Below, piece by piece: positions 57,781-64,000 of a stretch of DNA of 64,000 nt. The notes under the pieces were generated by a model that was given only the letters and a program-made list of their open reading frames with translations, searched no databases and had not been told where the DNA came from. The stretch is taken from NCBI GenBank assembly GCA_965213925.1, contig OZ243927.1, positions 832,001 through 896,000 on the forward strand. Direction: 5' to 3'. The position numbers were made by a program, and so were the translations under genes. This DNA comes from Trueperaceae bacterium. Lineage in GTDB: Bacteria > Deinococcota > Deinococci > Deinococcales > Trueperaceae. Numbering within the stretch: position 1 is the stretch's first letter; each line of letters begins with the position of its first letter.

Positions 57781-60488
57781 TCGTTCCCCTCAACCCTCTC
57801 TTTCAGCGCCGCCACCCTCTCTTTCAGCGCTGCCGCGACCCGCGCGTGAGGTCGTTCGTCCGCTTCGCCAACGTCCGGGTTTTCTGCTAGGTCTTCTAGG
57901 TCTCCCGCCCTCTGCGGCTCTCCGAAAACGACTGTGACGCGGGCTGGTCGGGGCAGGGAACCCGGCGGCATCGCGTGTTGTGTACCGGCGATGTAGACGG
58001 GCACGGCGGGCACGTGCACGTCAGCGTGAGTCAGGAGCAGGCCGATGCCGGGGCGGAAGCGCTGCAGCTCGCCGGTCGGCGAGCGCTGCCCCTCGGGGAA
58101 CCAGACGAGAGAGTGGCCGCGCCTGAGCGCCGCCGCCCCGACCGCCAAGCTCGCCGTCGCCGCGCGGTCGCTGATCGGCACCGCTCGGGCTAAGCGCGTG
58201 AAACCTCGGTTGATGAGGTTGTGCGTGATGACCTGCTCCGAGCCCACCCAGAAGGTGTTGCCAAGTCTGCTTGCGCCGAGCGCCGCCGCCAGAACGAAGG
58301 GGTCTAAATAGCTCGCGTGGTTGGGCGTTAAGATAACGGGACCCTCGTCAGGCACGTGCTCGAGCCCCACCACCTCGAGCCTGAAAAAGGTGCGCATGAG
58401 CCCACCGTTGAGTGCCCAAAGAGGCCGCGCCAGCGCCCGCTGCCACGCGCTCAGCGGCGTGAGCCGGGCGCGCTGTTCATCGCTCAGAGATGCTTCGGGG
58501 TCGTCCAGAGGGTCAGCCCTTTCGCCCCCGGTTTCGCCCTCGGCCCGCTCCCCCACCTCGCGGAGCAGGTCGCGCACCGTGTCGAGCCGCCCGGCGGTCT
58601 CTTCGTCTAGCTCGACCCCGGCCCGCTCGCTGATCTCCAAGGTGAGGTTGACCCACTCGAGCGAATCGATGCCCAGCTCGAGCTGCAAGTCCGTTTCCGG
58701 CGCGAGGCGCTGCCCTTCGTAGCGCGACGCTAAAAAGTCCCAGACTGAGTGCGCCGCCCGGTTGTCCAGGAGCCGCTGGTCCTCTTCCGCCATCTCCCCT
58801 ATAGGGACCGGCTGAGCCTCTTCCTCACCGCCCGCCTGCACCTCGTCAAAGCGTTCCTCCAACAGGTGACGGCGCAGCTTGCCGAGCCGCGTACGGGGCA
58901 GCGGCTTCGCTGAGAGCGCGAAGTCGGCGAGGCGGGCGTAGGAGGGCAGTTCTTTCGACCGCTCCTTGATCGCCTCGGAGACCGCCTGCTCGGTCCAGGC
59001 GGTAGTCGAGAGGTGGCTGCTTTCGGCCCTCTGCCGCGCTTCGCCCCGCTCGGGCACGATCACGCCGACCAGGTCGCGCCCCTTTTTAAGCACGCCGACC
59101 TCCCGGATGACGGGGCTCTCTTCATACGCCGCCTCGACCCGGTCCGGCTGGAGGTTTTCGCCCCCTCGGGTGACGATTAGCGTCGAGACGCGCCCCGTGA
59201 TGAAGAGGTGCTCGTCCTCGAAATAGCCTAAGTCGCCCGTGCGAAACCAACCCGCCCCTAGCACCTCTTCGGTCTTGTCGGGGAGGTTGCGGTAGCCCGA
59301 GAAGACGCTGGGACCTCGCGCTAAAACCTCGCCCTCCCCCTCGCGCTCCCCGGACGCCTTCGCCTCGTCGAGGCGCAGCTCCACGCTCTCGACCGGCCTA
59401 CCGACGCTACCCAACCTCAGGTCGTCCGGCGCTTTGATGGTCAAGAGCGGCGAGGTCTCGGTGAGGCCGTAGCCGATGGCGAGGGGCCAGCCGAGCCCCT
59501 CGAGCTGCCAGGCCAACTCGGGGTCTAGTGCCGAGCCCCCCGAGGCGAGCAGGCGCACCTCGGGACCGAAGCGTGCGTGTAGGGGCGCGAGCAGGCGTTT
59601 GCCGAGCTGCCAACCGAAGCGGCGGCGCAAGGAGGTACTGAGCGTCAACGCCCCGCGCAGCAGCGGCGCGCTCGGCCAGCCTTGCGCGTCAATCCGCGAA
59701 CGAATCCCCTCGAAGAGCGCTTCGTAGAGGCGTGGCACGCCGAGGATGGCGCTCACCTCACCCTCGTTTAAGGCGCGTACCAGTTCGGGCCCGGTCCGCG
59801 CGGCGGGCAGTACGATGGGCGCGCCGACCGCTAGCGGTAAGAGCATCCCGATGACAAAGGGATAGACGTGGTGGAGCGGCAGGGGGAGGAGCAGAGTGTC
59901 GTCTGAGCGAAACAGCTCTGTCTCTATGATCGTCTCGAGCTGACTGGCGAGGTTACGGTGGCTGAGCGGCACGCCTTTGGGCGCACCTGTCGTGCCGGAG
60001 GTGTAAAAGAGGGCGGCAGTGTCCTCGGGCTCCGGTTTGGCTGCGTCGCCCGGCTCGCCTAATACGCGCCGCCAGCTACGCGCGTCGTCTTCAGTGTCGA
60101 AGAGGATGGGTTGAACCTCTACATCTTGAAGCCGCTCCAGCTCGTCGGACGTGGTGAAAACGAGGTGCGCACCGCTGTCTTTAAGCACGTGCCCGAGTTC
60201 TTCCCCCGACAGTTGCGCGTCAATCGGCACGACCACCGCGCCGGAGCGCAAGACTGCTAAGCAGGCGGCGATCCAAAGCGGCGTGTTGGCGGCGTAGAGT
60301 GCGACCGCATCACCCCGCTCGACCCCCTGCGCCCGGAGTCCACCGGAGAGCTGCGCGGCGGTGTCGGCTAGCTCTCCGTACGACCAGCGCTCGACCTCGT
60401 CTTTCCGAAAAGCCAAAAGCGCCGTGCGTTCCTGACGCTCGTGGAGCGACGCGATAAGTGACGGTATAGCGTGAACCTGCGACATCAA
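57768..60488 (-). CDS. Fatty acyl ligase-ACP-PlsC acyltransferase fusion
   Basis: YTSGTTGAPKG, GYGLTE, FRTGD; LGIDSL (phosphopantetheine Ser); NHASYLD, FPEG. Confidence 0.9.
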   Translation of the reverse strand: MMSQVHAIPSLIASLHERQERTALLAFRKDEVERWSYGELADTAAQLSGGLRAQGVERGDAVALYAANTPLWIAACLAVLRSGAVVVPIDAQLSGEELGHVLKDSGAHLVFTTSDELERLQDVEVQPILFDTEDDARSWRRVLGEPGDAAKPEPEDTAALFYTSGTTGAPKGVPLSHRNLASQLETIIETELFRSDDTLLLPLPLHHVYPFVIGMLLPLAVGAPIVLPAARTGPELVRALNEGEVSAILGVPRLYEALFEGIRSRIDAQGWPSAPLLRGALTLSTSLRRRFGWQLGKRLLAPLHARFGPEVRLLASGGSALDPELAWQLEGLGWPLAIGYGLTETSPLLTIKAPDDLRLGSVGRPVESVELRLDEAKASGEREGEGEVLARGPSVFSGYRNLPDKTEEVLGAGWFRTGDLGYFEDEHLFITGRVSTLIVTRGGENLQPDRVEAAYEESPVIREVGVLKKGRDLVGVIVPERGEARQRAESSHLSTTAWTEQAVSEAIKERSKELPSYARLADFALSAKPLPRTRLGKLRRHLLEERFDEVQAGGEEEAQPVPIGEMAEEDQRLLDNRAAHSVWDFLASRYEGQRLAPETDLQLELGIDSLEWVNLTLEISERAGVELDEETAGRLDTVRDLLREVGERAEGETGGERADPLDDPEASLSDEQRARLTPLSAWQRALARPLWALNGGLMRTFFRLEVVGLEHVPDEGPVILTPNHASYLDPFVLAAALGASRLGNTFWVGSEQVITHNLINRGFTRLARAVPISDRAATASLAVGAAALRRGHSLVWFPEGQRSPTGELQRFRPGIGLLLTHADVHVPAVPVYIAGTQHAMPPGSLPRPARVTVVFGEPQRAGDLEDLAENPDVGEADERPHARVAAALKERVAALKERVEGNDYSR

Positions 60489-60680
60489 TTCCCCCTAGCA
60501 GCGTGGTGACGAAAGCTACGGTTCAGTTTAGCAGGTGGTCGGCTAAACGGTTCTCCCCCGAGTTAAGAGTAGACGGGCGTACTTTCGCGCCTATCCCGTT
60601 CCTCTACGCTGGACGGGTCGAAGGGGCAGGGTGCATCTCGGTATCTCACTCCTGACAACTTCAACCTAGGGGGAGTAGCG

Positions 60681-61469
60681 ATGAGGATAGGAGTAAGCAT
60701 TGTAACGTTGGCGGCGCTTTTGCCGCTCGGCTTGGCGCAGGAAACAGGCGGGTCACAGACGGGCGGCTCACAGGAGGTCTACAACGTCTCCACCGTGTCG
60801 GAGACCTTCGGGCTCTTCACGATGGGGCTGCAAAGGGTCTCAGCGCAGGCCGCCGTGCAGAACATCCAAGGCTGGCAGGCGCGTTTAGAGGCCACGGAAG
60901 ACGAGCAGTTCGTGAGCTTGTCCGACGAGCTAGGGAGCCTCGCCGAGGCGCTGCAAACCTCCTCGCCCGACACTGCCGCCATCGCTGAACAGCTCGTCGG
61001 TCTGGGCGAGCGGACGGATGAAATCGCTACGAATGTGGACGACGAAGACCTCGCCAGGCGTCTCTCGACGCTCAGCTACGTCCTTCAAGAGGTCGGACAG
61101 ACGGTCCAGCAGCAGCCGCAAGTTGACCTCTCTAACCTCATCCCGGTAGTGCCGCCCGTGCTCGGTCGGACGGCCCAGTTTCTGCAGGGCGACCTGAATA
61201 ACGCCTCCTTAGCGGCGGCGCTCCTTAATATCGAGGCGTGGCAGGGGCGCATCCTGACTAACATCGAGGGCGACGCGGCGGAGCAGCTCGTGGAAGACTT
61301 GGAGGAGTTGCAAAACACCTTGCAGATGGAGCAGCCCGACCAGGCGCAGTTGGGTGAGACTTTCAGCTCACTCGCCGAAAGCACACGCGGGGTAGCCGAA
61401 GAGGTGGACCCGGCTTTGCAGAACGCCTTGGAGGGCTTTGCCGGGGTGCTCGAGTCGGTGGGGCAGTAG
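60681..61469 (+). CDS. Secreted helical hypothetical protein with internal two-fold repeat
   Basis: Signal peptide, QETGGSQTGGSQ; AAVQNIQGWQ and AALLNIEAWQ halves. Confidence 0.75.
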   Translation: MRIGVSIVTLAALLPLGLAQETGGSQTGGSQEVYNVSTVSETFGLFTMGLQRVSAQAAVQNIQGWQARLEATEDEQFVSLSDELGSLAEALQTSSPDTAAIAEQLVGLGERTDEIATNVDDEDLARRLSTLSYVLQEVGQTVQQQPQVDLSNLIPVVPPVLGRTAQFLQGDLNNASLAAALLNIEAWQGRILTNIEGDAAEQLVEDLEELQNTLQMEQPDQAQLGETFSSLAESTRGVAEEVDPALQNALEGFAGVLESVGQ

Positions 61470-61494
61470 CTCACCGGTCAGCGATTGCTGTCAG

Positions 61495-61524
61495 GTTCAG
61501 GGGGAGGCGCACCTCCCCCTGAAC
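61495..61524 (+). terminator. Hairpin terminator
   Basis: GTTCAGGGGGAGG-CGCA-CCTCCCCCTGAAC. Confidence 0.65.
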
Positions 61525-61660
61525 TATTGTTGACCCTGCTGTTAACTCCGTCAAAGACAGCCGTAGTCTTCGAACAGGGCTGCGTATCAAACTGTAGTGG
61601 GTGCGTTCGTAGCACCGTCTCGAGCGCAATCTGCGCCGCTCAATCTCGAAAGCAGCGTTT

Positions 61661-61777
61661 ATGTCACCTCTTAAATTACTCGTCCCTTTAGACGGCACTG
61701 ACTTCAGCCAACGCATCATCCCTCACCTCACGCGCCTTTTTCGCCCTGAGGATATCCAGGTGCACCTCCTCCCCTGA
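61661..61777 (+). pseudogene. Universal stress protein N-terminal remnant
   Basis: MSPLKLLVPLDGTDFSQR then early stop. Confidence 0.6.
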
Positions 61778-62007
61778 TCCAACCGCTTAAAGGCGAAGTC
61801 TGACCACGTCGTGCTCAACGCCGCCTAGCTTGTCGCGCTCCTAGAGCCGATGCACACTAGCACGCGGACCTGCTGGGACAGGTGCCGCTTTCAGAACGGA
61901 GAAGTCAAATTCTCCTATAACGATCGCCGTATCTGCGTACGTTCTGCTTCACGCGTGAACGCGTTTTAGGCCGAAATGCGTGGTCAATGACTGGCCTCCG
62001 CCTCCTT

Positions 62008-62517
62008 TCAAGACTTGCGCGTGGCGGCTCTTCGTATGTACACAGTCCACCCTCGCCGCCGGACCGGAACACCGGGCAGGCTGGGGATCAGCCGATCAGC
62101 GACGACACCGGTGACGACCGCGTAAACGGCTTTGTGCAGCAGGTCGATCGCCTGCTCGTCCAGCGGCCACGTCCACGGCGGTGCGACGACGCCCGTGGCG
62201 TTTTCCAGGGTTTGGTCGTTGAGCAAGCGCAGATTCAGAAACAGGAACGACCCGACCGGGCCGCGCAGCCCCCGCTCAGCCATCAGCCCGCGCGCCGCAC
62301 CCAGAAGGATGCCCTGACCCCAGTGCATGCCTCGGTTCAGCCATAGGCGTTCCTCGTCGGGCTTCTGTGCGAGCCCTAACAGCCGTTCTAGCGTGTGGGC
62401 TGGCACGTACGAATCCGGTCGGCGGGTGATCGCCTGCTCGAGCTTCTCAGCGGCGGTCATCGCCGCGACCCCGACCAGACCCGCCGCTAGTCCGCGCAGC
62501 GCCGCGTTCTTCATCAC
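62008..62517 (-). CDS. Membrane hypothetical protein
   Basis: GLAAGLVGVAAMT..EKLEQ, MHWGQG, LLHKAVYA; RBS GGAGG. Confidence 0.7.
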   Translation of the reverse strand: MMKNAALRGLAAGLVGVAAMTAAEKLEQAITRRPDSYVPAHTLERLLGLAQKPDEERLWLNRGMHWGQGILLGAARGLMAERGLRGPVGSFLFLNLRLLNDQTLENATGVVAPPWTWPLDEQAIDLLHKAVYAVVTGVVADRLIPSLPGVPVRRRGWTVYIRRAATRKS

Positions 62518-62875
62518 CTTACCTCCGCTCTACCGGTGTAGTAGTAGAGGTCCTTTTTCCGTATCGCCAGGTTGATATACAAAGTCAAAGCCGCCTCCCC
62601 CTTCTTTCGCTCATGATACGCAAGGGGCGTTCTCTGGACCTTGCGCCACAACCCATAGTCCGGCGGTTCAATCAATGGTGCAGAGAGTCCGAAGCAAGGG
62701 GATTGGTCCCGTTGGACACAATTAGAAGACATAGACATGGTTGGGGAGAGGATGGGGAGAAGGCAACCGCGTGCGACATCGGCAAGCGTCCTTTCCACGG
62801 TCAGTTCGCCGACATCTTGTCCGTGTTCAAAATCTTTAGGCGTGGGAACGGACCAAAGGCTGCCTAGGCTCTAGC

Positions 62876-62907
62876 GCAGGAGTTTAACGCGCGCGTTCGC
62901 TGCACAG
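62876..62907. repeat. Palindromic site, copy 17 (left arm degenerate)
   Basis: GCAGGAGTTTAAC-GCGCGC-GTTCGCTGCACAG. Confidence 0.65.
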
Positions 62908-63133
62908 GCCATTAGCAACCTCGCGAGAGGTATTGGAAGGGCTAAATGGACGAGCAAGGTGACGGCGAGCTTGCATGGAGCTTAGATACCTCTGCTTCTC
63001 GCTTAGCGACGGGCTGTGAATCAGGAGTAACAACTGAAGCTAAAAACACGGCTCCCACGAAAACCGCCCAGCGCATCGCCTAAATTGTGACACACCCCCA
63101 ACGGCTTACCGCCTCCACCTGAAAAAGTAAGGC

Positions 63134-64000
63134 GTGCTCAGGTCATCTCGCTCAGAGCCTCGCTGGGCAGCCCTGCTGCCCCTGCTACACTGCACAGCCC
63201 TAGCGCTTTCTATCCTTGCGGGTTGTAGTCCGGCGGCTACGCTTGAGCCGACGACACTTACGCAGCCCCTCCAAAACGTGCGGGGCAGGCCGATAGATCG
63301 GCTCGTTGCTCCTAGCGCCCTGCCGAGCGCGCGGCTTCTGAATCCCGAGGTCATCCTCTCGGGGCGCGGTGGTGCGCTGCTCGTCTCAAACGACCCGGAG
63401 TACCTCGCCGAGCCTGCCGCGCTGCCCCGTGCGCTCTACCGGGACGAGGTATCGGGCAGCTTCCGCGTCTTTTACCACCACACCAACCATACGAGGACAG
63501 ACCTCACCTTCGCTACCGCTGTCACTAACACGCACACCAGGCCGGTGCTGCTCTTTGGGCGAGGCTCAGGTCAGGGCACCAACCTCTATCCCGACATAGC
63601 AGGCCAAGTGGCCCTTAACGGCTACCTAAGGACGCGCTACCAAACAGCCCGCCTCGCCAGACTGGCTCCTGGCGAAAGCATATTCGTCACCCCCCACACC
63701 GCCGGGCCAAACGACACGGCGAGTGCCTTAGAGGAGTTTATCGCCCTCACGCCGTCCTCGGGAAGAGCTGCGCACGCGAACCGGTCCACCTTCTCAGCGC
63801 GCTTCTCGCCAGCTACCGTTACGCTCACCGTTCTGGCCTATAGAGGGGCCGCGCCGCGAGCGCCGCAGTCGCTCTCCGTCCTACCCGGCAGCCCCTTAGA
63901 GCGAGTTGACAAGACGCCCTATTATCTCCTGAAGCGGGGGACGTTCCCGTTCTTTGACCGCTACGCCGAGGTCGCCCTTTCGCCCGACACTGCCACCAAG
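63134..64000 (+). CDS. Putative lipoprotein, 3' partial
   Basis: Frame open to the window end (translated by hand); LAGC lipobox; LLVSNDPE..LYRD..FRVFYHH. Confidence 0.7.
   Translation, partial: MLRSSRSEPRWAALLPLLHCTALALSILAGCSPAATLEPTTLTQPLQNVRGRPIDRLVAPSALPSARLLNPEVILSGRGGALLVSNDPEYLAEPAALPRALYRDEVSGSFRVFYHHTNHTRTDLTFATAVTNTHTRPVLLFGRGSGQGTNLYPDIAGQVALNGYLRTRYQTARLARLAPGESIFVTPHTAGPNDTASALEEFIALTPSSGRAAHANRSTFSARFSPATVTLTVLAYRGAAPRAPQSLSVLPGSPLERVDKTPYYLLKRGTFPFFDRYAEVALSPDTATK

Noticed and set aside
15651..62907. Palindromic repeats as a CRISPR array
   Set aside because: Copies are mostly 0.7-7.6 kb apart with genes between them, they are degenerate, and there are no cas genes.
15651..62907. 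Palindromic repeats as ordinary intrinsic terminators
   Set aside because: No consistent U tract, they occur upstream as well as downstream of genes, and arms are often mismatched while the centre is conserved. A secondary terminator role is not excluded.
1..64000. Many antisense or overlapping ORFs in the six-frame track (e.g. 9536..10237, 19570..20193, 29456..30145)
   Set aside because: They are shadows of well-supported genes in GC-rich DNA and have no recognisable motifs.
1..64000. tRNA, rRNA or riboswitches, including a cobalamin riboswitch in 22951-23290
   Set aside because: None recognised by eye; an Rfam scan would be needed to exclude them.

Overview
GC-rich accessory region. The proteins suggest a Deinococcota (Truepera-like) host, which is an inference. 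From 1-14 kb there is an AraC/Crp-regulated cluster of secreted proteins, including a vanadium haloperoxidase-like enzyme and an RclA/MerA-like reductase, plus an intact IS982. From about 15.6-63 kb the DNA is a mosaic of unrelated modules: a tandem reductive-dehalogenase-like operon, several phosphate-scavenging phosphatases, an ars operon, a haloalkane dehalogenase operon, three toxin-antitoxin-like pairs and an acyl-ligase fusion. The main signal is that these modules are separated by about 17 copies of a 32-bp imperfect palindrome with 13-6-13 architecture (TTCTGCnnGAGAC-GCGCGC-GTYYnnnGCASAA). The copies are always intergenic, and one lies about 65 bp upstream of a non-IntI tyrosine recombinase. 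This suggests an integron-like or dif-module-like cassette array with symmetric recombination sites. An IS630 element and related 101-103 bp MITEs have inserted precisely at the left edge of these sites, duplicating TTNT.
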